Source: Histomonas meleagridis 2922-C6/04-290x
Lineage: Eukaryota; Protista; Parabasalia
DNA length: 64,000 nt
NCBI GenBank assembly: GCA_020184695.1
Contig: JAANOX010000203.1
Span: 30,986 to 94,985 of the forward strand
Reading direction: 5' to 3'
Part shown: positions 43,747-55,456 of the stretch, in pieces
How positions within the stretch are numbered: the stretch's first letter is position 1
Layout: each line of letters opens with the position of its first letter
The notes under the pieces: generated by a model
Databases searched by the model: none
Seen by the model: the letters and a program-made list of their open reading frames with translations, nothing else
What the model was told of the DNA's origin: nothing
Translations under genes and position numbers: made by a program

Positions 43747-44318
43747 TCATTAAATTTAAACAATCGTATGCATTCACCAAATCAAATTCATTTACTAAAT
43801 CAAATATATTTACATATATTGATCCAGATTTAACATTCACGAATATTTATACTTTAACATATTCATTAACATTTACAAAAACATTATCATATTATTTAAC
43901 ATTTATCAAATCATATTCCATTACAAATACTGAATCAGAATATCGATATATTTATACAGAAATTATTTATTATAATTATACAATTATCATTTATTCGACT
44001 TATTATGAATAATATTATTCCAATTTTTATTCAATATATTATTCGAATGAAAATATGAATGAAGATAACAATAACGATAATAACGAATTAATAATTATTG
44101 TAATTGTTTGTATTATCATAATTATTCTGATTGTTATAACATTACTTGTTGTAATAATAAAAAGAAATCAAATACTAAAAATGAAATATGAAGAAGAAGA
44201 AGAATATACAGAAGAAGGAAACACGAATATATTATCGATAGGGATTGGAATGTCACATATTGAAGAAGATCCATTTGCGAAAGATTTTAAAGAAAATGAA
44301 TTCAATTCACAAATATAA
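43341..44318 (+). pseudogene. 5'-truncated chimeric BspA-like gene
   Basis: The LRR end and PWPT segment are identical to the neighbour gene, followed by a different stalk, TM helix and tail EEDPFAKDFKENEFNSQI*; in-frame TAA at 44010-44012; no upstream ATG. Confidence 0.8.
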
Positions 44319-44658
44319 TTTTTTATTTTAATGTTATTGATAAATTTTTACATTTATTCCAACATCATTAAAATCATATAATATATTATCTGTATTAAAT
44401 CAATTTTAACCAACGGATATTTTAATAATAATTTAAAAGTTAGGAGTTTCAATAATTTGTTTGGTAATAATAATTATATTAACACAGAAAATAAAACACA
44501 AAAATTTTAATTAAAATCACTGAATCGAATTTAAAATGTGTCTGTGATGTTCTTGAATCATTTCCACAATTTTATGCTATTTAAAATTTTCATATATGTA
44601 ATACATTAAAATATCCAAAAGAATATTAATTTGATTTAATAAAGTTAAAGTCATTCTC

Positions 44659-44862
44659 TTGAATTTTCCATTTGGTATTGCAACATTTGTCATCATGTTT
44701 ATCTATGTTCATAAGAAGAAACAAATAAGTAAAGAAAGTTCTTTCGAAGAAATTGAAAATAATAATACTAACAGATTAACATCAAAGAACACAACAGATT
44801 TCACTATTGGGGAATATCTGTTTGAAAATGATTTTGACGTTGAATTTATTCCAAATGTTTAA
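44659..44862 (+). pseudogene. Orphan TM plus acidic cytoplasmic tail fragment (BspA-type)
   Basis: FGIATFVIMFIYVHKKK...EYLFENDFDVEFIPNV*, with no ectodomain. Confidence 0.4.
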
Positions 44863-45184
44863 ACCCTTTGAATAAAACATCAATATATAGATCTATATAT
44901 CGGAATACAAGAAAACTTATCGAACATTTTACGTGTGTATACAAGGAATTTGTGTTACTTCTTTGCAAACTTTCATTTGCGTTCTCGGCTTCTTCTTTAC
45001 TTATTTTTAATGTTCTTGTATAACTTACATAAGCTTCATTTTTTATAAAAGAGCTCTGTTTTAACTTTGAGTTTGTACTGTTTGTTGTGTATGTGGTGTA
45101 TGTGTTTCTTATTTCATTGTACTATAATATATGAAATGTTTTTTTCATTCATCATGAATAAGTTAACTCTCTAGTATATTTTTT

Positions 45185-45334
45185 CTCTTTGCCCTCATCA
45201 AATCTAACATTTAAACTTCCAAATGTTACATGAATATTGTTTCCCTTGTCATAACTGATGTTGCATTGATATAATCAAATGCATTTCTTGCTATCAATTG
45301 ATGTTTCACCATAATAATAAATACATTGAAGTGT
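45185..45334 (-). pseudogene. BspA remnant
   Basis: LQCIYYYGET...ARNAFDYINATSVMT...TFGSLN; the upstream 45440-45495 resembles 43040-43090. Confidence 0.6.
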
Positions 45335-45863
45335 AGACAGAATTATTTTTCGTTGGTCAAGCATGAACTGCACATTATATAGCACTTGAATGGGAACAAA
45401 ACATACAATTTTACAAGCCTTTGATTAATATTTGTTGACAGCATTAATTTCGTTTCTTCCCAATATTAACATACCCCAAAGCCCCTCATTTTCTTTAACG
45501 CCATCAGGAAATCGGAGAATAAAGCACAAGTCTGCGCTTTTTGACACTCAGTTTTCGTTGATTTTTCCAGAAAAGAATTTATACAAAGCGATTCTTTTAT
45601 TAAATCTATATTAAATGTAAACAAAAAATTAGAAATCACATTTCTCTTTTTATGTTTCGTATTTGAATTAAAAAGAATATGTGTATTTGAGTGGTGGTAA
45701 ATTACTAAAATTTATTGATGAGAAATGTGAAAAATTTCACCAACATTGCAAAATACTCTCAACACGCTACTTCTTATTGAAAGTGTTAGCCCAGTCTCTT
45801 GAAAACAGATCAACTTTAACTTGATATATTATTTGAATTTTCCGATATTTCAACTTCTTGTTT

Positions 45864-46280
45864 TTATTTTAGTAAAATTAAATAACAAATGGTTGAGGTA
45901 ATGCAGGCGGAGATACAAGAAGCAAAAATATTAAATGCAAATTTTCGTAAGTTTTTGTCATTTGAAATAAACACAGTTGAAAAAGATGTGGCTCCTAAAA
46001 CAAACAAAATAAATAATAGTGCAAAAATTGTTGATTTGTCATTTTTGAAAAAAAATGTTATCATGACAGAAATAAAAATTCCTGCCACTATTGAATAAAA
46101 TATTGGTCTATTTTTGGTATCATATATATTTGACATGTCGTTGTTATCTATTCTTATATCATCGAGTTCCTCATTTTCAAGCATTTTCCCCAAAATTTTA
46201 CCAAACGGTTTTTTGAATGAAAATTTATATTTCACATCAAATGTCATAAAAACCTTTTTGCTTTTCTCGCATGTTTTCAT
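45864..46280 (-). CDS. Small membrane protein (about 3 TM helices)
   Basis: 138-aa ORF with three hydrophobic segments. Confidence 0.45.
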   Translation of the reverse strand: MKTCEKSKKVFMTFDVKYKFSFKKPFGKILGKMLENEELDDIRIDNNDMSNIYDTKNRPIFYSIVAGIFISVMITFFFKNDKSTIFALLFILFVLGATSFSTVFISNDKNLRKFAFNIFASCISACITSTICYLILLK

Positions 46281-46321
46281 ATGAAATTATTTTAAATAAA
46301 AGTAAATCATTAACATAATAT

Positions 46322-47479
46322 TTAATATTTTATATGCTTTCTAACTTCTGACGCCAAAGTGAACAAATTCATTTTCAAGAAATAAAAATTGAAAAACGTA
46401 ACAACCAAAACAATTAAAACAAGAACGAAACTTCTTCGTTTTGTTTGGTGGCACAATACAAATCCGGATCCAATTGCTACAAATATTCTTCCGATCAATG
46501 CTCTCATTAAACATGTATCATCTTGAGATGAAATCGAAAACAAAAACACACAAATCACAGCAAAGAACAAAAACAAAACAAAAGCAAAGCCTTTGATATC
46601 AAAAGAAGTCATAAAAGGCCAAAAAATCGGGACCATCAATAAAGGAACTATTAATGAATTAAAATCGTTTTCGATAAAACATTTTATAAGTTCTTTCGCA
46701 TCGATTTTGTTCATAACAATTTGAGGAATTCCAATCTTTTGATCAACAAAAATGATAAATCCAATGCTTAAACAGATAGAAAGCAATGGAATAAGTATAG
46801 AGAGCAAAGAATTAATGGATACTATGTATATTCCAAGAATTGGTATAAACATGATAAAGAATTCAATTCTAAAAGTAACACAAATAGAGGCTAAAAGGAT
46901 AGAAACTGTAAAGCATAAAAGCCGCAAGGCACGATTTTGTACATGTGTAAATGATGTGAGTAGATATATTGAAATGATAAAAATTAATAGAAGAAAAGAA
47001 AATGAATAAGATTGTGTAATCGTGTTCACAAGGAAAGAATCACAAAGTGATGATAGTGAAAAAAGAAAAGATTGATAAATATTATTGGATCCTGATGAAA
47101 TAATTGCACATTCAAATACAATTATTAAGCTTGCAAGCACCGATTTGACATAAGTAATCTTAGGACATTTGCTTTCAAGATTTATAAAGAAACTTTCGAG
47201 CAAAAAAGATGATTTATAATTTTCATTTGGTTTTTGAATATAAGATGATTTTTTTTGCTTCGCAAAAATAATGTAAAAAAATGTTGCAACAAAAAGAATA
47301 GAGCATGTTAGGAATGAATATGATTTTGGTGCAATTTGGATTTCGGATTTTATCTTTTTAATAACTTGCTTTGTTTTTTTAGTGTGATTTGGGATAAATG
47401 GTTTTACAAAAGTTTTTCTTTTAATGTAACGTTGTTCTAATGGGCGTTGTTTGGGCATTTTTCCCAACAAATCGCTCAT
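46322..47479 (-). CDS. Multi-pass membrane protein
   Basis: About 9 hydrophobic segments; start placed at the first ATG (MSDLLG). Confidence 0.55.
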   Translation of the reverse strand: MSDLLGKMPKQRPLEQRYIKRKTFVKPFIPNHTKKTKQVIKKIKSEIQIAPKSYSFLTCSILFVATFFYIIFAKQKKSSYIQKPNENYKSSFLLESFFINLESKCPKITYVKSVLASLIIVFECAIISSGSNNIYQSFLFSLSSLCDSFLVNTITQSYSFSFLLLIFIISIYLLTSFTHVQNRALRLLCFTVSILLASICVTFRIEFFIMFIPILGIYIVSINSLLSILIPLLSICLSIGFIIFVDQKIGIPQIVMNKIDAKELIKCFIENDFNSLIVPLLMVPIFWPFMTSFDIKGFAFVLFLFFAVICVFLFSISSQDDTCLMRALIGRIFVAIGSGFVLCHQTKRRSFVLVLIVLVVTFFNFYFLKMNLFTLASEVRKHIKY

Positions 47480-47499
47480 TAGAGTGGCACTTTTTTGAT
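47480..47499. promoter_or_regulatory. 20-bp gap between divergent start codons
   Basis: CAT at 47477-47479 and ATG at 47500-47502. Confidence 0.45.
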
Positions 47500-49332
47500 A
47501 TGGATGAACAACAAAACGTTGTTGATGCCTCAAATCGTTATATGTTCAGCCAATCAACACTCAAATTCCTCCAAAATCAATTTACACAGAATGTAACACA
47601 TCTTGATCTTTCAAGTAATCATATTGATGAAAATTGTGCAAATTTAATTGCATCAAATTTACGAGATCCACAATTTTCCCTTACTTCTCTCTCAGTAATT
47701 CAATGTCACATGAATCATAATAGCACAAAAATAATATTTGATGCTATTGCAAGTTCAAAATTATATGAATTTTATGTAGACGATAATTTATTAGATATTG
47801 AATGCTGTCGCACTCTATCTCACTCAATTTCAGAAAATCCACCATTACAATTACTTAGTCTTGTTGGATGTCAAATTGATGATCTATCAAGCATCGAACT
47901 TTTTGAAGGTTTTAAGCAAAACACAAACATAAAGCATCTTCGTATTGATTCCAATACAATTTATGACAAAGGTGCTATTGCACTAGGGAATCTTTTTCCA
48001 AATCTTCAACTTGAGTCTCTTTGCATTAGCGACAATCAAATCTGGCAAGAAGGCACCAACTATCTTCTTGAGAAACTTCGTGGATGTCAAACACTTACAA
48101 TGCTTGACATTGGATACAACATTATTGACATTCAAAATTTGATAACTTTTTTAAACTCCGCTCCGAACCTTGTTCAGCTAAGCATTAGTGGCTGCAAAGT
48201 AAACGAAGCTTTTTTAGATGAACTACTTTTAATTCTTTGCGGAAAACCTTTAACGACGCTTCTAATAGATGCGCTTAATTTCAATCAGCTTCCGATATCT
48301 TGGGAAAGTGTTCGAGAAATTACTTGGTCAACGCATCTTAAATCTCTTATCGAGCTCATCAAAGCGAATCGTTTTCTTGATGACGTTCGTATCGGCTTTT
48401 TGAGTCCAGAATCGATTTCAGAGCTTAAACAGTCACTTAATGGCATTGAAAAAACCGTCACGATTTCACTTCATGATTTCGGTTATACCCGAAACACTTG
48501 GCTTTTACATATTCCCCAATTTGAATTAGAATCACCAACAGATGTTTTCGAATGGAAGTCTCCTGTTTTATCCGGAGCTCTCCTTGCTGAGGTTTTTAAT
48601 ATTTCTAAATTCAATGGCCATCATCTTCGAAAAATCAATTTTCATGATATGAAATTTGGCGATGATGTTATCCAACAATTTCTACAGCATCTAGATCCTG
48701 GTGAATTCCTTGAAATGAATCTTTCTAATAATGATCTTCATTCTACGACAATTGATTTCCTTCTTAAGTTCCTAGAAAAAGGTGCATACATACATAATAT
48801 CAACCTCGATCGGAACCGGTTTAATTTATTATCATTCCAAAGTTATTTTGAGTTTCTTGTCAATGATATCGATAAATGTCCGCGATCAATTGACATCACA
48901 TTTGAAAGTAAAGAGATTCAGGAAATGACTCTCCATCTTTTTGCCATTCTTATCGGCACTCTTCTTGAGCAAAATTGTCATTTGGAAAATTTACATATTG
49001 AAGGATCGATCACATGCTCTGACGTGAACCATATCATCCAACACCTTCGGGGCAACACAACCCTTCGCAGGGTCGAGTTTGAGAGCTCTTTGTTCCAAAA
49101 GTATAAAAGTCCAGATCCGCCACTTGATGAAGAAGTGAAGAAAGTTTGCGGCGAAATGGTGCGCGAACTGTATGAGCTACTCTGCGGAGATGGCACGGAA
49201 TGCGTTTTGGAGTCATTTGTGTTCCCAATGTTGACGGAAATTTATTTGTACTCGGACGGGATAATCGAAAATTGGCCGGCGATCACAAATAAATTGTTGG
49301 AAAATGAGGATAACAACGCAAAAAATGTATAA
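47500..49332 (+). CDS. RNI-like leucine-rich repeat protein
   Basis: LDLSSNHI, LSLVGCQI, LRIDSNTI, LCISDNQI, LDIGYNII, MNLSNNDL. Confidence 0.8.
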   Translation: MDEQQNVVDASNRYMFSQSTLKFLQNQFTQNVTHLDLSSNHIDENCANLIASNLRDPQFSLTSLSVIQCHMNHNSTKIIFDAIASSKLYEFYVDDNLLDIECCRTLSHSISENPPLQLLSLVGCQIDDLSSIELFEGFKQNTNIKHLRIDSNTIYDKGAIALGNLFPNLQLESLCISDNQIWQEGTNYLLEKLRGCQTLTMLDIGYNIIDIQNLITFLNSAPNLVQLSISGCKVNEAFLDELLLILCGKPLTTLLIDALNFNQLPISWESVREITWSTHLKSLIELIKANRFLDDVRIGFLSPESISELKQSLNGIEKTVTISLHDFGYTRNTWLLHIPQFELESPTDVFEWKSPVLSGALLAEVFNISKFNGHHLRKINFHDMKFGDDVIQQFLQHLDPGEFLEMNLSNNDLHSTTIDFLLKFLEKGAYIHNINLDRNRFNLLSFQSYFEFLVNDIDKCPRSIDITFESKEIQEMTLHLFAILIGTLLEQNCHLENLHIEGSITCSDVNHIIQHLRGNTTLRRVEFESSLFQKYKSPDPPLDEEVKKVCGEMVRELYELLCGDGTECVLESFVFPMLTEIYLYSDGIIENWPAITNKLLENEDNNAKNV

Positions 49333-49661
49333 ATAAATAATTAATGAATGTGCTTTACATTATATGTCATCTGTTGTATAAAGATTTTTTGTTATTAATA
49401 ACATATTCAATTGAAGCAATTTTATGAAATTTTAATTCAGAATAATTGTTCACATAATTCTTAGTAAAAACATGTTCGATGTGTTACGAATAGGCAGTGA
49501 TTTCGTAAATAGACTCTTTTCCTGAAAAAAAAATAATTTTCCAGGATATTCACGAAAACTCTTTAAGGTAACTCATGCGAAGAAATATGATAAATGCGTT
49601 GTCTGTGAAGCAATAAATAAAAATCGATTTATACAAATTAACAAAATATTTATTGATAAAT

Positions 49662-52625
49662 TTATATCTTGAAATCTACAAACGAAGTCATTTCCATTGC
49701 CATTTCCACGGTGAATTTAGTCCCTTTAAGTAATTCGCTCTTTTCATTGTTTGGTAATTTTCTGAATTCTTTTATAAAATCGATTTCAATAATTTGTCTA
49801 TTTGCTGCTATACACCTACCTCTCATTACGCACCTCTGCATAGTCTTACTGAATCCTCCAACAGATTTCATTTTATTTTCCAATATTTGATAAAGTTCTT
49901 TAAATTCGAAATCAAATTTTTCTATTTCGAGTGTCAAAACCGTTCCTTTATCGGTTCCTATCAAAACTAAACGGTCTCCTATTGAATCTATTTTTGTAAT
50001 TTTTTCGCCGATGTTAAATTGGTTATCGATTTCAGTTGCGTAATTATTTGTATTAAACTCTTGAACCACGTTTAGCTGATAAACATTACCTGTTTCTGTT
50101 CCATATATTATGAACATATCTAATGCTGAAATTGCGGAAATTTTTTCTTGAGATTTAAATGATGGAAGTTGAATCAATTGATTAAATTCTTCTTTATAAA
50201 CATAAATATCATAATCAGAACTAATAATAAATAACTTTTTACTAGTTCCAATTCGTTTAATTAAATTAAACTTCAATGTGGTGAATGAGATATTTTCAAC
50301 TTGTTCACTGTTATAATTAACGGCCCCAAACTGAATTTCTCTTTCAAATTGAAAGTACACAAAACCTTTGAATTTCCCCGATCGGAATAAATTCAATTTA
50401 AACGTTTGATGTTCACCCAATTTGACTGGTTTACCATTTACAATTCTAAATCTGACAAAAATACGATTAGAACAAATTGAAAAATTGGGGCCCTCCGAAT
50501 GGAAACCTGCGTAATAATTATTGTTTTCTATTTTATAAAAAGGTTTAATTTTATGTTCTGCTTCGAATAAGTTCTTTGTCAAATAGAAATAATATTTATT
50601 ATCTACTTTATATACAGTTAGATAATAATTATCAATTTTATGGATTCTAAATATACCATTTTTAGCGTAAAAAATATTTTTGTAATTTAATGTGTTTGAT
50701 AACATTGTCATTATTAATGAATCAGAATCAACAACAAAAAGTTGTCCATCAATATAAGAAGCTGATATAAATGAAGGCGAATCAATTGAAATTATTTCAT
50801 CATTATGAATTAAAACTGGTTTAGAGCCACAAATAATTGCGGATTTATTTGTTAATTTAGTAAATGAACTATAAAATCCTTCGCTATATAAATTTGTTAT
50901 GTTTTTGGTTGGAATTAATACTTTTATTATCTTATTCGATATGTTAATTACATAAAGATTATTATTAAGTAATAACATTTCTTTTGTGTATTCAATTTCG
51001 ATTTGGGAAATTTGTTGATATGTTTCTAATGAATGAATATATACAGAAGAAGTTGTCGAATATACAAAATATTTGTCTGATATTGTGACGCTATTAAATA
51101 TTTCATCATTCATTGTTAATGTCTTTAATAAAATTATATTGTCATCATTTAATTTATAAATAAGTATCGAGTTATTTAACGATAATATTATATTCGTTTT
51201 GGTGATTGAAGCTGATATAATTTCGTCTTGAATATCAATAGTTGTAATAACATTATTATTGTCAAATATTATAATACTTTTAATTGTGATTTGAACAAAT
51301 TTGTTATCTTCAATTTGCAAAAATTCAATTGTCGGAAGATTATAATCAATATGACAATCACTAAGTTCAAAAAATTCACCAATATCATTCATTGCAATTA
51401 TATTAGAAATTATTCCATTCGTTACAATACAACATAATAAACCATTGTATTCAAACGTAAAAACTTTGGTGCAATTGGGGCACCCTATTTTCACTAACTG
51501 TTTTAACGATACCATTTTTTCTGAGGTTGATATTGCTCTTTGATAAAATGTAAAAATTTTGTTATCAAAATATTCAAACGAAAAAGTGCCACCTGTGCTT
51601 TTGAAGGTCTCGAGCTCACGAACAGTGCATGGAAGTGATTCTTGATCAATATTATATAAAACAGAATCACTATCATTTGATGCAATAAATGCAAGAGATG
51701 ATGAAATTGATACCGAAGAAATTGGTTGTGGTACAGATATTCCAAAATCAACAAAATGAACAGGTCCTTGCTCTTCAATTTTAGCATACCTCATCGTGAG
51801 ATGAGAATCAATGGAAACATAAAAATTGTGACTCATCGGAAACATATCAATTATTTGATATGGAGTGAAAATAGTAGCAGTGGTTGTGGTGGGAGTTAAA
51901 CCATCATACATTATGCGTATGGCTTGCTGAGATGAAAAGGCAATGATTAATGATGAGTTTTCTGGATCATATGGAATTATCTTGTATGTGTCATTGGGTA
52001 AAGTAACGTCCATAGAAGGGTCAGATGTGAAAGAACTATTCATAAGGTCGATATCTATAACACGTAAAATTGGTGGCGTATTAAATTCTTCAGATAAAAT
52101 TGCAAGTCTGGTAACTTTAGATGTTGGGCCAACAAATGCAAAATCTATGATGCGTTTACATCCAATAGTTATTGGAAGTGGAGGGTCAAGTGTACAATGT
52201 GAAGAAATTGGAAAAACTTCAATTGTGAAATTTGTGTATTTAATAACAATTGCTGTTGGATGAGTTGCTATCTTAATTGGTGTTCGAGGGAAATTGCTTG
52301 TTGGTGTTAAATTACCAGTTGCTAAAGTTTTAATTTTGATTGAATCTGAATCAGGATCATTTTGTAAAATACAAGTTCTTAAATCATTTAAAATTAACAT
52401 CATTCCAGATTCCCCATATGACATTTGAATTGGTACTATTTTTTCAATTTCACCATAAACTTGAAAAGAATTTGGTTCTCCAATAAATCCATCTTCCATT
52501 GGATAAATAATAATTCTATCTCCTTGTGCAATTGCTAACACATCTAAAGTAGGCATGAAAGATTGTATTATACATGCATCATTCGCTCCTGTTGGCTGGA
52601 TTACTTCAGAGAGCAGCAAATCCAT
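49662..52625 (-). CDS. Large beta-propeller protein, DDB1/CPSF160/SF3B3-like
   Basis: 988 codons, beta-strand-rich; the N-terminus (VIQPTGAN...LAIAQGDRIIIY) resembles the MMS1/DDB1 family. Confidence 0.5.
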   Translation of the reverse strand: MDLLLSEVIQPTGANDACIIQSFMPTLDVLAIAQGDRIIIYPMEDGFIGEPNSFQVYGEIEKIVPIQMSYGESGMMLILNDLRTCILQNDPDSDSIKIKTLATGNLTPTSNFPRTPIKIATHPTAIVIKYTNFTIEVFPISSHCTLDPPLPITIGCKRIIDFAFVGPTSKVTRLAILSEEFNTPPILRVIDIDLMNSSFTSDPSMDVTLPNDTYKIIPYDPENSSLIIAFSSQQAIRIMYDGLTPTTTTATIFTPYQIIDMFPMSHNFYVSIDSHLTMRYAKIEEQGPVHFVDFGISVPQPISSVSISSSLAFIASNDSDSVLYNIDQESLPCTVRELETFKSTGGTFSFEYFDNKIFTFYQRAISTSEKMVSLKQLVKIGCPNCTKVFTFEYNGLLCCIVTNGIISNIIAMNDIGEFFELSDCHIDYNLPTIEFLQIEDNKFVQITIKSIIIFDNNNVITTIDIQDEIISASITKTNIILSLNNSILIYKLNDDNIILLKTLTMNDEIFNSVTISDKYFVYSTTSSVYIHSLETYQQISQIEIEYTKEMLLLNNNLYVINISNKIIKVLIPTKNITNLYSEGFYSSFTKLTNKSAIICGSKPVLIHNDEIISIDSPSFISASYIDGQLFVVDSDSLIMTMLSNTLNYKNIFYAKNGIFRIHKIDNYYLTVYKVDNKYYFYLTKNLFEAEHKIKPFYKIENNNYYAGFHSEGPNFSICSNRIFVRFRIVNGKPVKLGEHQTFKLNLFRSGKFKGFVYFQFEREIQFGAVNYNSEQVENISFTTLKFNLIKRIGTSKKLFIISSDYDIYVYKEEFNQLIQLPSFKSQEKISAISALDMFIIYGTETGNVYQLNVVQEFNTNNYATEIDNQFNIGEKITKIDSIGDRLVLIGTDKGTVLTLEIEKFDFEFKELYQILENKMKSVGGFSKTMQRCVMRGRCIAANRQIIEIDFIKEFRKLPNNEKSELLKGTKFTVEMAMEMTSFVDFKI

Positions 52626-52907
52626 TTTATAGCCGTTTATTAACTGTTTCAATGCGACGATAAAAAAGTGACTATTCTATGATATCATTTTCAATGGAAA
52701 CGATTATTTAACATTTAATTTTCTCGCTAGAAATGATCACCACAAGAAAACATAAATTTTATTAAAAATATTTACCAAATGAACTTCATGAAAGATTATC
52801 TTCGCATACCATTAATATCTTTGTAGTTCTTTGAAATTTTAAAGATATAATGTTTTACTTTTGATTTTAATAATTATTAAAAAAAAAAATACATTTTATT
52901 TTTATAA

Positions 52908-54431
52908 TTATTTGATTGTAAATATGATTGAAATAGGGAGGCAACTTGTATATGTCATTATAACGACTGAACCATTCTGTTGCTTAAGTATTTGTGGTTT
53001 CAAAGCTTCACTCTTAGATATTAATTCGAATGCTATATTTGCTTCTTTTTCTTCCTCTTGATTTTGCTGAGTTATTCTAGTATCAACAAATACAATACTA
53101 TTCTTTGGAACTAGCTCCACTTTTTCAATAGAAAAGTCTACGGTTATTTCCTGTTTGGTCGGTTGTTTGGCTGTTATTTTAAACGTTTTTTTATCGTCTT
53201 CACTTTGTAAACTGAAATCTGACAAAAATGTCATTGTTGTCAGCAATGAGACAGAGAAATCGGAATCTTTCAGATTCTTTTGTAGGCTCACAATGAATGG
53301 CTGGTTTTGGGAGAATTGAAGTGCTCCTTGTGGGTAATAAGAGATTGTATCAAGGGGTGTTTGATTTGTTCTGGCGCTTGTGGTTTGAGTTGTTGTCCTT
53401 GTTATTGTTCCCAGTGTTGTTGTGGCTTGAGCATTTCCAGAGCTAGATGTATCCAATTTGTCTGCGCCAATAGTTTTACTCTTTGGTGGCGCACGTTGAC
53501 TAAGCTGATAACCGATTGTCCCGAATTTGTTGAATCCTTTTAGGGTATATTCTTCGAGCGGCTTTGGAATTTCGATTTCAGACCTATGGCTAAGAGTTGT
53601 GTATTGATTTTGTGGAAGATCTCCATACGTTTGGGAATAATTTGTCGACGTTTCTTCCTTTTTTTCTTCTTTTTTCGAAAAATCTGGAATCTGTTTCCAT
53701 TGTTCAATTGGAACATTATACCAAAATTTGGATACAGTTTCAGCGGGAGCTTGTTGGGCAAATCCTAGGCCACCTGTTTCTGTACTTGTTTTCCCGAAAG
53801 AAAATTGTGTTCCAAGACCAGTACTTATTGTTGTTGCCTGCCAAGGTGCACTAAGTTTTCCCGTTTTGACATAATCATAAAATCGAAGTTCTTCAACTGT
53901 ATAGCAAGCGAACAGTTCAAGGACACTAATGTGTTTGGAATGATAAACTACTCGATTTCTCTCTTGACCATCTTCTTGCTCAGATTCTTTAAATGGGAAG
54001 CCTTTGGTTGTTATTGGTACCTGAAAATCTTGTTGGGTCCCAAAAGTAGATCCTGCTTTCCAACCATTCGTTCCAAAACTTGTAGTACCAAAATTACTCT
54101 TTCCAAAACCATTCGTTCCAAAACTTGTAAAACCAAATCCAGTCGTTCCATAACCTGTTGTTTGCTGTTCGACTTTTACACCCCATCCACCTAATTTACT
54201 CTTTGTGAATGTTTTTTGAGTGGCAAATGATTGTTTTTTTTGTCCACCTTGGGTACTAGTACCAAATCCACTTTGGCCGTAAGTCCAAGTTGTATTTTGC
54301 CCCCATTTTGATGTAGAGGTTCGAGAACCTTCTTTGTTATCTTTGGCGTTAGAGTTCCAGGAAGAATTTGTTGCGTTTGCCCACTGATTTGTGGTTTTCT
54401 GGCCCCAGGCTGTTGTGCCACCAAATGACAT
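52908..54431 (-). CDS. FG-repeat nucleoporin, Nup98-like N-terminus
   Basis: Many FG/WG/YG repeats and a GLEBS-like HISVLELFACYTVEELRFYDY segment. Confidence 0.7.
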   Translation of the reverse strand: MSFGGTTAWGQKTTNQWANATNSSWNSNAKDNKEGSRTSTSKWGQNTTWTYGQSGFGTSTQGGQKKQSFATQKTFTKSKLGGWGVKVEQQTTGYGTTGFGFTSFGTNGFGKSNFGTTSFGTNGWKAGSTFGTQQDFQVPITTKGFPFKESEQEDGQERNRVVYHSKHISVLELFACYTVEELRFYDYVKTGKLSAPWQATTISTGLGTQFSFGKTSTETGGLGFAQQAPAETVSKFWYNVPIEQWKQIPDFSKKEEKKEETSTNYSQTYGDLPQNQYTTLSHRSEIEIPKPLEEYTLKGFNKFGTIGYQLSQRAPPKSKTIGADKLDTSSSGNAQATTTLGTITRTTTQTTSARTNQTPLDTISYYPQGALQFSQNQPFIVSLQKNLKDSDFSVSLLTTMTFLSDFSLQSEDDKKTFKITAKQPTKQEITVDFSIEKVELVPKNSIVFVDTRITQQNQEEEKEANIAFELISKSEALKPQILKQQNGSVVIMTYTSCLPISIIFTIK

Positions 54432-54514
54432 TTGACACTTTTTTATAAATGATGGTTTTTTGTAAAGGTGTCCGTTAACAAAAATAACATTTACTAATGA
54501 AAAGTGTTTGATAT

Positions 54515-55201
54515 TTATTTTGCTGCCAGCATCTGCTCAAGCTGGGCTTTTAATTGGGCTGTTTGTCTCTTGAGAAATGAGACTTCATCTGCATGTTCCT
54601 TCTCCTTCTGAATTCTGTAATCTTCTTCTCTTTTTTCAATGCTTTCTATTTTTGCTTGAAGTTCTGCTGCTTTAAGTTCTAATTGACTTTTTTCTTCTTT
54701 CAATTTTATATTTTCTGCTTCAACTTCATCTTTGCCTTGTTCAACTTGTGTTGCTTTTTTCATGCCCCATGTTATAGCAGATTCATAGAGTGCTTGATAA
54801 GCGGCAATTGTTATCCGTAGCTCATCACGCACACGAACGAGAAGTAATCCACGAGCTGAACAATCAATGGTAACTTGACGTATGATTTCATCAAAACATT
54901 GTCCATAGATTTGTGATCTAACTGGACAAATTCCTGACTCACGTGCTTTTCTTTGAGATATCATTTTTTCAAGTTCTTGCTGAAGATGGATAACATCTGT
55001 TCTAGATGCTGGAGTTGAGCTTACATATTGAATATAATCTTGTCCATTTTCTGTGAATTCACGTGGGGGTAAAATTGAATTTAAAACATCACGAGTAAGT
55101 GAATCGCTTGTTTGCTCAGTTTTCTTCGTTTTTTTCATTGCAGACGCGGCCAAAACTGGAACATCATATTTCAAGAGGGTTTCTTTTGTTTTTTCTTTCA
55201 T
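54515..55201 (-). CDS. DNALI1: Axonemal inner-arm dynein light chain p28
   Basis: LLKYDVPV, ILPPREF, ARESGICPVR, FDEIIRQVTIDCSARGLLLVRVRDE, AYQALYES. Confidence 0.95.
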   Translation of the reverse strand: MKEKTKETLLKYDVPVLAASAMKKTKKTEQTSDSLTRDVLNSILPPREFTENGQDYIQYVSSTPASRTDVIHLQQELEKMISQRKARESGICPVRSQIYGQCFDEIIRQVTIDCSARGLLLVRVRDELRITIAAYQALYESAITWGMKKATQVEQGKDEVEAENIKLKEEKSQLELKAAELQAKIESIEKREEDYRIQKEKEHADEVSFLKRQTAQLKAQLEQMLAAK

Positions 55202-55456
55202 TTTAAGCAAAAAACGTACAAACCTGGAAGCAAAAACGGTTAAAAAGAGTTCAGAAACAACAATTTTCAAAAGATTTCTTTATAATAATAATATGGTAAT
55301 AAACCAAAGCTGTTTATTCCAAACATAATGTATTTTTGAATTTCTTCTGTTATATTTCTAGATATTATAATTTTATATTTTGTTTGAATTTAAATTGATT
55401 ATAATCGTTATTGTTTCAATTTACAGTATCGTTTTTGACGGTTTCCTCCACCCCCC

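Noticed and set aside
18471-44318. Alternative genetic code (TAA/TAG or TGA as sense), suggested by isolated in-frame stops at 19470, 20930 and 44010
   Set aside because: Intact conserved genes end at TAA or TGA where expected and have no internal stops; the isolated stops are of mixed types and lie in disrupted loci.
47440-47533. Apparent head-to-head overlap of two long ORFs
   Set aside because: It results from upstream start choices in the ORF track; the ATG starts used here (47479 and 47500) do not overlap.
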